NCBI RefSeq assembly: GCF_011620785.1
Contig: NZ_WOYM01000058.1
Source: Methanothrix sp.
Lineage (GTDB): Archaea > Halobacteriota > Methanosarcinia > Methanotrichales > Methanotrichaceae
DNA: 64,000 nucleotides
Direction: 5' to 3' (one strand)
Program-made: the position numbers and the translations under genes
In this document: in pieces, positions 17,037-26,718 of the stretch
Position numbering within the stretch: position 1 is the stretch's first letter
Layout: each line of letters starts with the position of its first letter
Notes under the pieces: model-generated
What the model was told of the DNA's origin: nothing
What the model saw: the letters and a program-made list of their open reading frames with translations, nothing else
Databases searched by the model: none

Positions 17037-18335
17037 TCAGGCACACTTCGGATCCTTATCCCTCTCTTTCTCCATCGCCTCTTTTGCCAGCCGGATGGCA
17101 CACAGCTCAGAGCACATGGTGCAGGTGTCGGTCTCCAACCCTCTCCTGTGTCTGATCTGCTTTGCTCTTGCCGGATTTATTGCCGCCTGGAACTGGCCAT
17201 CCCAGTCCAGAGCGGCTCGCGCCCGGGACATCTGCAGATCCCAGGATCGTGCTCTTTCTCGCACGCCCGGCCGGGTGAGGTCGGCTGCATGGGCAGCGAT
17301 CCGAGTGACATAGGTTCCCTCGATCACATCCTCTCTGTTGGGCAGATCGAGGTGCTCGGAGGGAGTCGTAGCACAGAGGAAGTCCGCTCCCGCCATACCG
17401 GCGATCACGCCACCCATGGCAGCGGTGATATGGTCGTACCCGGGGGCGACGTCCGTCACCAGGGGTCCGAGAAGGTATAAGGGCGCTCCGCCGGTCAAAT
17501 GCTTCATAGCCCTCACACTGGTCTCGATCTCATCCGCAGGCACATGCCCCGGCCCCTCCACCATGGCCTGCACTCCCGCAGCTCGCGCCCTTTTAACCAG
17601 CTCACCTAGCATGATGAACTCCATGTACTTGGCCCGGTCAGATGCATCCTCGATGCACCCTGGCCGCAGACCGTCGCCCAGCGAGAGGGTCAATTCATAC
17701 TCCCTGGCGATCTCCAGCAGGTAGTCGAACTCCTGGTAGTAGGGATTCTCCCCTCCCGTATCGGCGATATATTTCATGGTCAAAGAGCCGCCCCGGCTCA
17801 CCACCCCCATCAGACGGGGGTCCTGTCTGAGCCGCTCCAGGGATATCCTGTTCACCCCGGCATGAACGGTGACGAAGTCCACCCCATCTCGGGCATGTCG
17901 CTCCAGGGAATCGAACATCCCCTGGCTGGTCAGCTCCTTTTTGACGGCGGCCTGATAGATGGGAACTGTGCCCAGGGGCACTTTTACTGCTGCCAGGATA
18001 TTCTTGCGCACCAGGTCCAGGTCACCTCCGGTGGACAGGTCCATCACAGCGTCCGCTCCCGCTTCAGCTGCCGCCAGAGCTTTTTCCACCTCTACCTCGG
18101 GGGAGTCGAGGTTCTGGGATGTGCCCAGGTTGACATTCACTTTAACGGCTAGCATCTCCCCTATGCCTGCCGGATCCAGCCCCTCGCGGCGGACATTTCC
18201 CGGGATGACCACCCTGCCCGCGGCCACCAGCCGGGCCAGCTTTGCCGGATCTATTCCCTCTTTTCTTGCCACCCGTTCGATACTTTGGGGCACGCGCCCA
18301 CTGCTTGCCTCTTCCATCAGGGTCATTGTTACCAA
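17037..18335 (-). CDS. thiC: phosphomethylpyrimidine synthase ThiC
   Basis: 432 aa with GTVPIYQA and VSRGGS motifs. The C-terminal CTMCSELC is the C-x2-C-x4-C Fe-S motif. Confidence 0.95.
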   Translation of the reverse strand: MVTMTLMEEASSGRVPQSIERVARKEGIDPAKLARLVAAGRVVIPGNVRREGLDPAGIGEMLAVKVNVNLGTSQNLDSPEVEVEKALAAAEAGADAVMDLSTGGDLDLVRKNILAAVKVPLGTVPIYQAAVKKELTSQGMFDSLERHARDGVDFVTVHAGVNRISLERLRQDPRLMGVVSRGGSLTMKYIADTGGENPYYQEFDYLLEIAREYELTLSLGDGLRPGCIEDASDRAKYMEFIMLGELVKRARAAGVQAMVEGPGHVPADEIETSVRAMKHLTGGAPLYLLGPLVTDVAPGYDHITAAMGGVIAGMAGADFLCATTPSEHLDLPNREDVIEGTYVTRIAAHAADLTRPGVRERARSWDLQMSRARAALDWDGQFQAAINPARAKQIRHRRGLETDTCTMCSELCAIRLAKEAMEKERDKDPKCA

Positions 18336-18379
18336 CTAATATATTGTAGGAGCAACTTTCTCGCTGCAGGTGTTTATCA

Positions 18380-19018
18380 ATGGTTGAAGTGCATAAGGTT
18401 AGCGGTGCCGCCTTCGATGGCAATGTCTACCTGGTCTTGGATGAGAAGCCCATTCTGGTTGACGCGGGCATGATGGCAGGGCCGACCTTAAAGAACATCA
18501 AGAAATTCATCGATCCAGCCAAGATCGAGCTTATCGTCCTCACTCACTGCCATCACGATCACTCCGGTGCCGCTCCCGCCCTCAAGGAGGCGACAGGAGC
18601 ACGCCTGATGCTGAGCGAGAAGGAGGTGGGCTGCATAGGAGATGAGCTGGCATCGGTTGCATACCTCTTCGGCCAGCAGGCCCCGGAGTACAAAGTGGAC
18701 GAGACCCTGAAAGAGGGTATGGTCCTGGATATTGGGAAATGGAAGCTGGAGGTCATGGAGACCCAAGGGCACTCCACCGGCAGCCTGTGCCTTTATGAGC
18801 GAACGGAAAAGGTGCTATTCTCCGGGGATACAGTATTCCCCGACGGGAACATCGGCCGGACGGATATGTTCGGCGGAAGCACCGATGAATTGGTCCGCTC
18901 CATCCAGAGGCTGACAGAGCTGGATGTCAAGGTTATGTATCCCGGCCATATGGATATAACCAGCCGAGATGTCAATCGCCAGATTCAAATGAGCCTGAGG
19001 TTTGCCAAGAGCATCTAG
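18380..19018 (+). CDS. MBL-fold metallo-hydrolase
   Basis: 212 aa, with the HCHHDHSG metal-binding motif. Confidence 0.85.
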   Translation: MVEVHKVSGAAFDGNVYLVLDEKPILVDAGMMAGPTLKNIKKFIDPAKIELIVLTHCHHDHSGAAPALKEATGARLMLSEKEVGCIGDELASVAYLFGQQAPEYKVDETLKEGMVLDIGKWKLEVMETQGHSTGSLCLYERTEKVLFSGDTVFPDGNIGRTDMFGGSTDELVRSIQRLTELDVKVMYPGHMDITSRDVNRQIQMSLRFAKSI

Positions 19019-19037
19019 CGGGATGGGTGTCAATCTC

Positions 19038-20186
19038 ATGACAGATAAGAAAGATCTAGTGAAAAGGGAATCCGAATCCATATTCCAGACCTATGGCCGC
19101 CAGGATGTGCTTCTTGTAAAGGGAAGCGGTGCTCATGTTTGGGACAGCGAAGGCAGGGAATACCTGGACTTCGTCGCCGGCATAGCGGTGAACAGCATTG
19201 GCCACTGCCATCCGAAGTTGGTGGAGGCGGTCAGCCGCCAGGCTGCTGCTCTCATCCACACCTCCAACCTCTACTACACCGAAAACCAGGTACTGCTAGC
19301 GGAAGAGCTGAAGGGGCTCACCGGCATGGACCGGGCATACTTTTGCAACTCCGGAGCGGAGAGCATAGAGGCGGCGCTCAAGCTCGTCCGCCGGGCAACG
19401 GGCAGGGCGAAGATCGTCGCGGCAGAGAGGGCCTTTCACGGACGCACCCTGGGGGCCCTTGGCCTAACTCATAAAGCCGCTTATAGGGAGCCGTTCCGGC
19501 CGCTGAGGGAAGCGGAGTTCGTCCCCTACAACGATAGCGAGGCTCTGAAGGCGGCAGTCAACTCCGAGACCGGAGCGGTGATCCTGGAGCCGGTACAGGG
19601 CGAGGCAGGGGTCTATGTGCCGGACGGGGATTATCTCAGAACAGCGCGAGACATATGCGATGACCAAGGAGCCCTTCTCATCCTGGATGAGGTGCAGACT
19701 GGATTTGGACGGACCGGCAGGTGGTTTGCCAGGGAGCACTCCGGGGTTGTCCCTGATATTATCTGCCTGGCCAAGGCCATAGCCGGAGGCCTGCCCATGG
19801 GAGCGATGCTCGCCCGTGCCGGTGCGGCGGAGGCCTTCCAGAAAGGAGACCACGGCTCGACATTCGCCGGCGGCCCCCTGATCTGTGCTGCCGCCCTGGC
19901 AACGATCGATGTCATACGAGAGGAGAAGCTGGTCGAGCGCTCAGAGGATCTGGGCAGATATCTTAAGTCAGAGATAGAGAAGCTCAACCCCCAGGAGGTT
20001 CGCGGACTGGGGCTGATGGTCGGCCTGGATCTGAATTGCGACTGCAAATCGCTGGTGGAGAAGGCCCTGCAAAAGGGAGTGCTGATCAACAACACTGGAG
20101 AGCATACCCTCCGCCTCATCCCGCCCCTGGTGGTGACGAAGGAGGAAATAGACAGAGTGGTGGAGGTAATAGGTGAGCTCCTCTAG
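19038..20186 (+). CDS. argD: acetylornithine/class-III aminotransferase
   Basis: Motifs are GIAVNSIGHCHPKLVEAV, LILDEVQTGFGRTGRWFA and ICLAKAIAGGLP. I chose the start at ATG 19038 (GGGTG lies 8 nt upstream); ATG 19023 is also possible. Confidence 0.9.
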   Translation: MTDKKDLVKRESESIFQTYGRQDVLLVKGSGAHVWDSEGREYLDFVAGIAVNSIGHCHPKLVEAVSRQAAALIHTSNLYYTENQVLLAEELKGLTGMDRAYFCNSGAESIEAALKLVRRATGRAKIVAAERAFHGRTLGALGLTHKAAYREPFRPLREAEFVPYNDSEALKAAVNSETGAVILEPVQGEAGVYVPDGDYLRTARDICDDQGALLILDEVQTGFGRTGRWFAREHSGVVPDIICLAKAIAGGLPMGAMLARAGAAEAFQKGDHGSTFAGGPLICAAALATIDVIREEKLVERSEDLGRYLKSEIEKLNPQEVRGLGLMVGLDLNCDCKSLVEKALQKGVLINNTGEHTLRLIPPLVVTKEEIDRVVEVIGELL

Positions 20187-21228
20187 GCAAAGTACCAGGG
20201 AGAGCCTGAAGAGGCTGCGCCCCTATGTGGCAGGCAAGGGTTTCACTGAGATCTCCCGTCGCTATGGTCTCGACCCGGCGGATATCGTAAAGCTGGGAAG
20301 CAATGAGAACCCATACGGTCCCAGCCCTAAGGTTTTTGAAGCCCTGAAAAATGTCTCCCCGGAGAGGTATCCTGAGCCCGAGGAGCTGATGGAAGGGCTG
20401 GCCAGATACACCGGCTCTCCCCAGGAGATGCTGGTTATAGGAGCGGGCATGGACGGAGTGATGGACACCCTGACCCGGCTCTTTTTGGAGAAGGGCGACC
20501 GAACCTTCATCGCCACCCCCACATTCAGCTACTATGAGATCCTGACCGTTCTGGCGGGGGCTGAACCCCTATTCTCCCCCCGGAGCCCGGATTTCCGGAT
20601 TTGTGAGAGAATTGCAGATGAGGCAAAGATGGCTTTCATCTGCTCGCCGAACAATCCCACCGGAAACACCCTGAAAGAAGAGGAGCTGCGCCAGCTGCTG
20701 GAGACGACGGAGGCCATCGTCTTTTTGGACGAGGCCTATGTGGAGTTTGCAGAGCGGAGCCTGGCGGAGCTGGTGAGTAGATACGAGAACCTGGTGGTGG
20801 GACGGACTTTATCCAAGGCCTTCGGCCTGGCGGGGATGCGCCTGGGCTATGCCCTGATGCCCGAGTGGATGGCTCGGGAGTACCGCCGGGCGGCGCCGCC
20901 CTTCTTTGGCATATCCTGCGCCTCAGTTGCTGCCGGCGCAGCAGCGCTCGCGGATCTGGACTTTATGAACGAATCGGTGAGAAAGATAAGAATGGAGCGC
21001 AGTCGCCTGCAAAAAGAGATCAGGTCTTATCCCTCCCAGGCCAACTTCCTCTACCTGAAAACCGAGGAAGCCTCGGACTCATTTGCAGAGAAGTTCCTGC
21101 AAAAAGGTATCATCATCCGCGACTGCCGCTCATTCCGGGGAGCGGGAGAAAATCACGTCCGGGTGACAGTGGGAACGCCCGCGGAGAACGACCGGTTCCT
21201 CGCCGCCTTCAGGGAGATCCGGCGCTGA
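20173..21228 (+). CDS. hisC: histidinol-phosphate aminotransferase
   Basis: 351 aa with GSNENPYGPSP and LSKAFGLAGMRLGY (the PLP lysine). A GTG start overlaps the argD end. Confidence 0.9.
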   Translation: MSSSRQSTRESLKRLRPYVAGKGFTEISRRYGLDPADIVKLGSNENPYGPSPKVFEALKNVSPERYPEPEELMEGLARYTGSPQEMLVIGAGMDGVMDTLTRLFLEKGDRTFIATPTFSYYEILTVLAGAEPLFSPRSPDFRICERIADEAKMAFICSPNNPTGNTLKEEELRQLLETTEAIVFLDEAYVEFAERSLAELVSRYENLVVGRTLSKAFGLAGMRLGYALMPEWMAREYRRAAPPFFGISCASVAAGAAALADLDFMNESVRKIRMERSRLQKEIRSYPSQANFLYLKTEEASDSFAEKFLQKGIIIRDCRSFRGAGENHVRVTVGTPAENDRFLAAFREIRR

Positions 21229-21229
21229 T

Positions 21230-21733
21230 ATGCAGATCGCCCTGACCGGCACTCCAGGGACGGGCAAGACCACCGTCGCCCGTCTTCTGCCTTACCGGGT
21301 GATAGATATCAACGCCTTAGTTAGGGAGGGCCTGAACTTCGGCACCGATCCGAAAAGGGGCTGCCTGGAGGCGGACATGGATGGACTGGCTGAGCGCCTG
21401 GCTGAGATGGATTCTGACCAAATCGCCATCCTTGAAGGCCACTTCTCCCATCACTTCGCCCAATGGTCGATAGTCCTCCGGCTGGCTCCGCAAAAGCTCG
21501 AATCCCGGCTGGAAGAGAGAGGTTACTCGCCCGAAAAGATAAGGGAGAACCTGGAGGCAGAGGCTCTGGACGTGATCTTAGTGGAGGCCGTTGAGTATTG
21601 CCAGCGGGTGGACGAGATAGATACCACCGGAAGGACCCCCCAGGAAGTGGCCGATCTGGTGGCAAAGATAATCGAGGAAAAGCTGCAGATGCCTCCAGGC
21701 CAGGTGGACTGGCTGGAGGAGTTTTTTGGCTAA
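21230..21733 (+). CDS. Fap7/AK6-like putative adenylate kinase
   Basis: 167 aa, with a P-loop (LTGTPGTGKTT) at the extreme N-terminus. Confidence 0.8.
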   Translation: MQIALTGTPGTGKTTVARLLPYRVIDINALVREGLNFGTDPKRGCLEADMDGLAERLAEMDSDQIAILEGHFSHHFAQWSIVLRLAPQKLESRLEERGYSPEKIRENLEAEALDVILVEAVEYCQRVDEIDTTGRTPQEVADLVAKIIEEKLQMPPGQVDWLEEFFG

Positions 21734-21742
21734 TCTCAAAAT

Positions 21743-22594
21743 TCAGGACTCTAGCGCCCGGGCAATTATCGGCGCCACAGAGACGGTGCTCACTCCCTTA
21801 TCCAGGGTGTCCGTGGCCAATACGCCCTCAACCCCGGAGCGGTAGAGCTTAAGGACCGCCGATCCGGTGAGGACGGGATGCACCGCCGCCAGATAGACCC
21901 GGGCTGCGCCCTGCGCGCGCAACATCTCTATCGCCGTGGCCATAGTGCCGCCGGTGGCGATCATATCATCGAATATCACCACGTCCCTTCCCCGGACGTC
22001 GATCTCTTTGGGAGCCATACTGACCTCAGTGCCGGAGATGCGGGTCTTCTGCAGGTAATCGCTATCCGCTCCCAGGGTGGCGGCAGCGGTCCTGGCCATC
22101 GCCACTGCACCCTTGTCCGGCGATATGACCACAGGGTCCTCAAGGCCCAAAGAGGCCACCTTTTCCGCTAAAAGCAGCGTTGCATCCAGATTGTCCGCCG
22201 GACAGCAGAAATGATTCATGATGGATGGTGCATGGATGTTTACCAGGTGGACCCGGCCCTTTTTCAAGAAGGGGTTGAGAGCGGTGGCCACCGCCCTGGC
22301 GGTCATGGGCTCCCCCGGCTTGAAGATCTTGTCCTGGCGGGCATAGCCGAAGTAGGGTATGACCAGATCGATGCTGCTCTCCTGGCAGACATCCAGGAGC
22401 TGGAGCAGATAGACCAGATCCCTATCGGTAGGGGTGGACTGGATTATTGCCACCTTATCGTCGAGCGGTGCCGTCACCTGTGTATATGACTCCCCATCGG
22501 GAAAGGTCTTGTAGTCGCATAACGCCAGCACCTCACCCAAAATCGCTGCCACCCTGCCCGCCAAAAGCTGGGAGGCCGGACCTCCTATGATCAC
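21743..22594 (-). CDS. prs: ribose-phosphate pyrophosphokinase
   Basis: 283 aa. The PRPP-binding loop is VVIFDDMIATGGTMATAI, and YFGYARQDK is also present. Confidence 0.9.
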   Translation of the reverse strand: MIIGGPASQLLAGRVAAILGEVLALCDYKTFPDGESYTQVTAPLDDKVAIIQSTPTDRDLVYLLQLLDVCQESSIDLVIPYFGYARQDKIFKPGEPMTARAVATALNPFLKKGRVHLVNIHAPSIMNHFCCPADNLDATLLLAEKVASLGLEDPVVISPDKGAVAMARTAAATLGADSDYLQKTRISGTEVSMAPKEIDVRGRDVVIFDDMIATGGTMATAIEMLRAQGAARVYLAAVHPVLTGSAVLKLYRSGVEGVLATDTLDKGVSTVSVAPIIARALES

Positions 22595-22607
22595 TCTTTA
22601 TTCTCCT

Positions 22608-23948
22608 TTAGCTTCCTACTACCATCATTTTAACCTTCAATGTGGGGGTGACTATGGAGCCTATGGACCGGCGGTCAATGCCCACCTCAATCGTCTTCAG
22701 GATCTCAAATATGTTCCCCGCGAGCATCAAGGATCTGATCGGCTGGGCCTCTCCACCCGGGGAGATTCGAAAAGCATTGCGCGCCTCGACTGAGAAGTCG
22801 CCAGATATGGGGTTGGCGGTATGAGCGCCGATGAGGCCATGGACCAGATAGCCCTCTGTCTCCGCCTGGAGGTCATAGGCTGAGGGTGAGTCAATGATCA
22901 GATTTCTCGATCCCACCCGAGGGAGATCGGAGTAGCCCGAACGCACCGAGTTTCCTGTGGAGCGGACGCCGTCCTTCCCTGCAGTATAGTTATCGTAGAG
23001 AAATCCCTTCAGTATCCCACGCTCGACTAGGACCGTCCTCTGGGAGGGCACTCCCTCCCCATCGAAGGCGGAGGAGTCTATGCCCCCGGGAAGAAGGCCG
23101 TCGTCTACGATCATGAGATCCTCGGAGGCTATCATCTCCCCCAGCCGACCCCGAAGAGAAGAACGACCCTTCTGAACGCTATCCGCCTCTAATGAGATGA
23201 GGAAGGCTCCCTCTAAAAGCTCCGCTACCGCCAGCGGCCTGAGCAGCACATCGAACCTTCCGCCCTCTCCTTTAGCTCCACCCAACGAGGCACGGGCCAT
23301 CTCCCCTGCCAAGCGGCCCACTGACTGCATCGATAGCTCTAAGTGGCGGGAATTGAAAAACTCGCTGCCTGTGGCCACGTCCTCCCTCCGGGCTATGGCC
23401 TCCATTGAGGCCTGCATGAGGGTCGAGGTCTCCACCAGCTCGATCCCCTGAGAGTTGAGCACAAATCCTGTGCCTGAGACACAGGCCACACCGCCGGAGA
23501 CCGGCTCTGCACCATCGACCTCATTGCAGCCCGCCAAGAGGCTATGGGCGATGTCGATGCACTCCTCAGGAGCGATCTTATCCAGCCGCCGGTCATAGAT
23601 CCCCTCGGGCTCTGTCACCCTCTCCGGCTGAGGGAGAGCGATCCAGGTGTCATCCCTGCCCCGCGCCCTGGCCGATCGAACAGCGCTCCTGGCTACGAAC
23701 TCCAGCTGAGCCATGTCGCTGCTGCTGGAGAATCCGACAGCACCATCCACTACCGCGCGCAATCCCAGACCGCAGTGGTAGCTCTCGCTCGCCATCTCCA
23801 CATACTCCCTTCGAAGGTCGACATCAACCGAGCGTCCCACCATACCATAGACCTCAGCCTCTGCTGCCCCTTCTTTTAAGGCCAGGGATAGCAGCCGGTG
23901 GGCGGATTCAATGAGGCTATCCGATGTACCTGAGATCCTCATCCCCAC
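22608..23948 (-). CDS. TldD/PmbA family metalloprotease-like protein
   Basis: 446 aa with an overall PmbA/TldD-like pattern (GLGLRAVVDGAVGFSSS; C-terminal GGIDSSAFDGEGVPSQ). The 5' end overlaps the PAC2 gene end, so the true start is uncertain. Confidence 0.8.
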   Translation of the reverse strand: MGMRISGTSDSLIESAHRLLSLALKEGAAEAEVYGMVGRSVDVDLRREYVEMASESYHCGLGLRAVVDGAVGFSSSSDMAQLEFVARSAVRSARARGRDDTWIALPQPERVTEPEGIYDRRLDKIAPEECIDIAHSLLAGCNEVDGAEPVSGGVACVSGTGFVLNSQGIELVETSTLMQASMEAIARREDVATGSEFFNSRHLELSMQSVGRLAGEMARASLGGAKGEGGRFDVLLRPLAVAELLEGAFLISLEADSVQKGRSSLRGRLGEMIASEDLMIVDDGLLPGGIDSSAFDGEGVPSQRTVLVERGILKGFLYDNYTAGKDGVRSTGNSVRSGYSDLPRVGSRNLIIDSPSAYDLQAETEGYLVHGLIGAHTANPISGDFSVEARNAFRISPGGEAQPIRSLMLAGNIFEILKTIEVGIDRRSIGSIVTPTLKVKMMVVGS

Positions 23949-24687
23949 CCGCTTCGAAGGGAGACTGGGCCCGCTCCATCTCCTGGAGCTTGCCTATGAT
24001 CTTCTCCATCTCCTTCGCCCTCTCCTCAAGGGCATGCATTCCCACCTCTATGCCCAGGATCCCGGATAGAACGCGCAGGACCTCTGATGCTGCCTTTGGA
24101 TCGACCAGATAGCCACTGGTAACACCCATCAGACAGATCGCATCCAGTCCCCGTAGGGCTCCCAGGCCCAGCAAGAGGCCGGAGACGCCTATAATGCCCC
24201 CACCGGGCTCGTTCTCCTGGAAGAGAACCCCCTGCGTTTTCATCTCCTCCACCAGCTCGATGCTGGTGGCCGCGCCCATCACCGAGGACTTGTCCACGAA
24301 CTGGCCGGTACCATAGCCGCCCAGAGCATAGATTCGCCGAACCTTGTAGCTCTCGGCGATGTCCAGAAATATGCTGGTCAGCTCGTAATGGCCCTCATTG
24401 GTGGCACTCTGATAGTCGCCGATGATGATCAATAGATCGGGCTCCCCATTCTGCCCCCGTCGCGCATAGATCTCATTTTTCACCTGCTTGATGGTTCCAT
24501 CCTCCTTCACCATCACCTGGGGAGGAAAATGGGGAGAGTAGATCTCAATGATCTTCTCGGCATGCAGCTCCTCTACCATGTGATCTGCCACCAGTTTACC
24601 CACGTGGCCTACCCCAGGCAGCCCCTCAATCATAATGGGATCGGTGAGATCTACATCTTTTATGCGAAAAACCAGGGTCTCTTTCAT
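23917..24687 (-). CDS. PAC2-family proteasome-assembly-chaperone-like protein
   Basis: 256 aa with IEGLPGVGHVGKLVADHMVEEL near the N-terminus. Its start overlaps the nop10 stop (TAATG). Confidence 0.8.
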   Translation of the reverse strand: MKETLVFRIKDVDLTDPIMIEGLPGVGHVGKLVADHMVEELHAEKIIEIYSPHFPPQVMVKEDGTIKQVKNEIYARRGQNGEPDLLIIIGDYQSATNEGHYELTSIFLDIAESYKVRRIYALGGYGTGQFVDKSSVMGAATSIELVEEMKTQGVLFQENEPGGGIIGVSGLLLGLGALRGLDAICLMGVTSGYLVDPKAASEVLRVLSGILGIEVGMHALEERAKEMEKIIGKLQEMERAQSPFEAGGDEDLRYIG

Positions 24688-24845
24688 TATGCCTCCGAGG
24701 CGAGGACTCTCCTGTATCTGCCATAAGGATCATCAGGGGAGAACCTCGCTGGTTTGGTTGGCGCGGCACGGCCGCCACAGGCAGGACATATCTCCTTCAG
24801 GGTGTATCGAGCGCAGGACTCACACCGCAGGATCTTGGATCTCAT
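24687..24845 (-). CDS. nop10: H/ACA RNP protein Nop10 (52 aa, below the ORF-track cutoff)
   Basis: Translated by hand as MRSKILRCESCARYTLKEICPACGGRAAPTKPARFSPDDPYGRYRRVLASEA. This gives the C-x2-C...C-x2-C zinc ribbon plus the ARFSP-DD-YG-YRR signature. An ATGA overlap joins it to the aIF2alpha stop and a TAATG overlap joins it to the PAC2 start. Confidence 0.9.
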   Translation of the reverse strand: MRSKILRCESCARYTLKEICPACGGRAAPTKPARFSPDDPYGRYRRVLASEA

Positions 24846-25615
24846 GCCTCTCTGTAGAAAGCGCCCTCTCCGCCGTGTTGTTCTATATAGCTTACTATGG
24901 CCTGAGCGGCCTTTTTGAGAACGGACTCTGCATGCTTATAGTCCGGAGCAGTTACATGAATGCGGTATCGCGGTGCTCCGATATACGAAACTGAAAGGGT
25001 AGCATCCTTGTCCTTGGTCCTTCTGGCCTGTTTTAAAGCCTTGCGGATAACCTCTACACCATCCGGAGCGGGAGAGGTGATATCCACATAGCCGCTGATG
25101 TCAACCGACGGTATCTTGACATTATCTCGAGATAGGCTCTCTAAGATCTTGACATCCTCTTCGGTGAGATCGGCTTCGTTCAGAGCTTCAGCGCCACTGA
25201 TCGCCGCCTCCTCCATGGCCAGATAGAGGCTGTCGTAGGCGGCCATGAGAGAATCAGCCACCCTCTTGGCATCCTCGGGCCGGTCTTTATAGGCCATCTC
25301 CAGCCATTTCCAGGCCTTCTGGTCCGCCTTCCACTCCTGGATCTTCTCCCGCCTCTGATGCTCATTCACATCCTTGAGAGATAGATCGATGTGATGGCGG
25401 GAGGTATCTACATTCAGTACCTTACAAACTATCTTCTGCCCTTCTCGCACATGGTCGCGAATGTACTTGATCCATCCACTGGCTACCTCGGAGATATGAA
25501 TCAGGCCCTGCTTGCCTGCATACTCGTCTATGGAGACGAAAGCACCGAAGTCCACCACCTGAGTGACGGTGCAGACCACAAGAGATCCGGGCTCTGGCCA
25601 GCCCTCACGTTGCAT
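24842..25615 (-). CDS. eif2a: translation initiation factor aIF-2 alpha
   Basis: 257 aa. The S1 domain reads GSLVVCTVTQVVDFGAFVSIDEYAGKQGLIHISEVASGWI. Confidence 0.95.
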   Translation of the reverse strand: MQREGWPEPGSLVVCTVTQVVDFGAFVSIDEYAGKQGLIHISEVASGWIKYIRDHVREGQKIVCKVLNVDTSRHHIDLSLKDVNEHQRREKIQEWKADQKAWKWLEMAYKDRPEDAKRVADSLMAAYDSLYLAMEEAAISGAEALNEADLTEEDVKILESLSRDNVKIPSVDISGYVDITSPAPDGVEVIRKALKQARRTKDKDATLSVSYIGAPRYRIHVTAPDYKHAESVLKKAAQAIVSYIEQHGGEGAFYREA

Positions 25616-25621
25616 TAGAAA

Positions 25622-25789
25622 TCACTCGAGCACTTCTACTACGGTAGTTTTGATCAATGCCTTGCCCCCAGTGGGCTCAGCCAATGTGCGCCCGCATACC
25701 AGGCATTTCACCACAGTTGAGGCATGGGCGAAGATCACCTGCTCATTCTCGCAGTCGTTGCATTTTACCTTGACGAACTTGCTGGGCAT
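25622..25789 (-). CDS. rps27e: 30S ribosomal protein S27e
   Basis: The internal ATG at 25789 gives [33 protein letters not shown], a C4 zinc ribbon. It starts 2 nt after the L44e stop. Confidence 0.9.
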   Translation of the reverse strand: MPSKFVKVKCNDCENEQVIFAHASTVVKCLVCGRTLAEPTGGKALIKTTVVEVLE

Positions 25790-25791
25790 AT

Positions 25792-26073
25792 CTAGCTCTC
25801 CACCAGATCGAACTTGCCCGCCTTGAATCCGGGGCGGTTGTGGGCCTTCTTGCACTCACCACAGCGGTACCTCAGGTTAAGTCTCTTCGTGGGCTTGTCT
25901 CCGCCTGGAACCTTGGAGAACTTGCCCTGATTCCCTATTCCATTGGCTCTGAGCTTCTGCCTGGTAATGCGGGTCAAGGTTGAAGCCCGGCCTTTTCTCA
26001 CCCTTTCCACCGTTTGTGCGGTGTGCTTCTTGCAGAACGGACAGTAAGCGTTAAGCTTCTTTGGCATCTTCAC
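25792..26073 (-). CDS. rpl44e: 50S ribosomal protein L44e
   Basis: 93 aa and basic, with the CPFCKKHT...CGECKK zinc ribbon. Confidence 0.9.
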   Translation of the reverse strand: MKMPKKLNAYCPFCKKHTAQTVERVRKGRASTLTRITRQKLRANGIGNQGKFSKVPGGDKPTKRLNLRYRCGECKKAHNRPGFKAGKFDLVES

Positions 26074-26079
26074 TTCTTA

Positions 26080-26646
26080 TCATCTCTGGATCTTCACTTC
26101 TGAAGCTAAATTTTTGTTGCGCAGATTTCTGGCATGGACGGCAGGGAGGACGACCACATCGTCCCTGGCGAGAAGGTAATTCTTCCCGTCAACTCCCGCA
26201 AACATAGGAACATCATCCAGCAACCGCACGACTTCGTATTCCCGCAATATATCTTTTTTGCCCGTTAAAGGCCTTTCGGTGGGAGTCATATGGGAGAGGA
26301 TGGACTCCCGGCCGAGGGCAATGGTCGAGAGCATCTGCCGGTAGATCTCCGTCTCCTCTGCCGTCATGCCGGAGAAGACCTCCTCCCGAGAAGCCGATCT
26401 CGCATTGCGAAGCGCTCGGCGGACGATCTTCTTTATCCTCTGGTCGATGAGCTTGTTCAGACTGCTCCTCTCGCTCTTGAGGGTATCCTGCAGGATTTGA
26501 GCCTCAACGCTGAAGGGATCTATGATTTGAGAGAGCTCCTGGCTCATGCCGGTCAGATAAGTGCCAACCTGCTGATAGAAATCCTCATCCAACGGCTGAA
26601 GCTCCGCGGACTTGCGCTCTTCCCGGAGCGCATTGGCCAGATCCAT
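26080..26646 (-). CDS. GINS subunit (Gins51/Gins15-like)
   Basis: 188 aa. An alpha-helical N-terminal domain is followed by a small C-terminal beta domain. Its position between priS and rpl44e is the conserved archaeal GINS location. Confidence 0.7.
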   Translation of the reverse strand: MDLANALREERKSAELQPLDEDFYQQVGTYLTGMSQELSQIIDPFSVEAQILQDTLKSERSSLNKLIDQRIKKIVRRALRNARSASREEVFSGMTAEETEIYRQMLSTIALGRESILSHMTPTERPLTGKKDILREYEVVRLLDDVPMFAGVDGKNYLLARDDVVVLPAVHARNLRNKNLASEVKIQR

Positions 26647-26718
26647 TTCACCACCTCATCATCAAATTTATGCGGACTGATCTTAAGTGGCTGGATAGTA
26701 TAATAGCTTTTCACCGTT

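Noticed and set aside
18336-18379. An expected TPP riboswitch upstream of thiC.
   Set aside because: Only 44 nt separate thiC from the divergent MBL-hydrolase gene. There is no CTGAGA / ACCTGA-type thi-box and no room for the aptamer.
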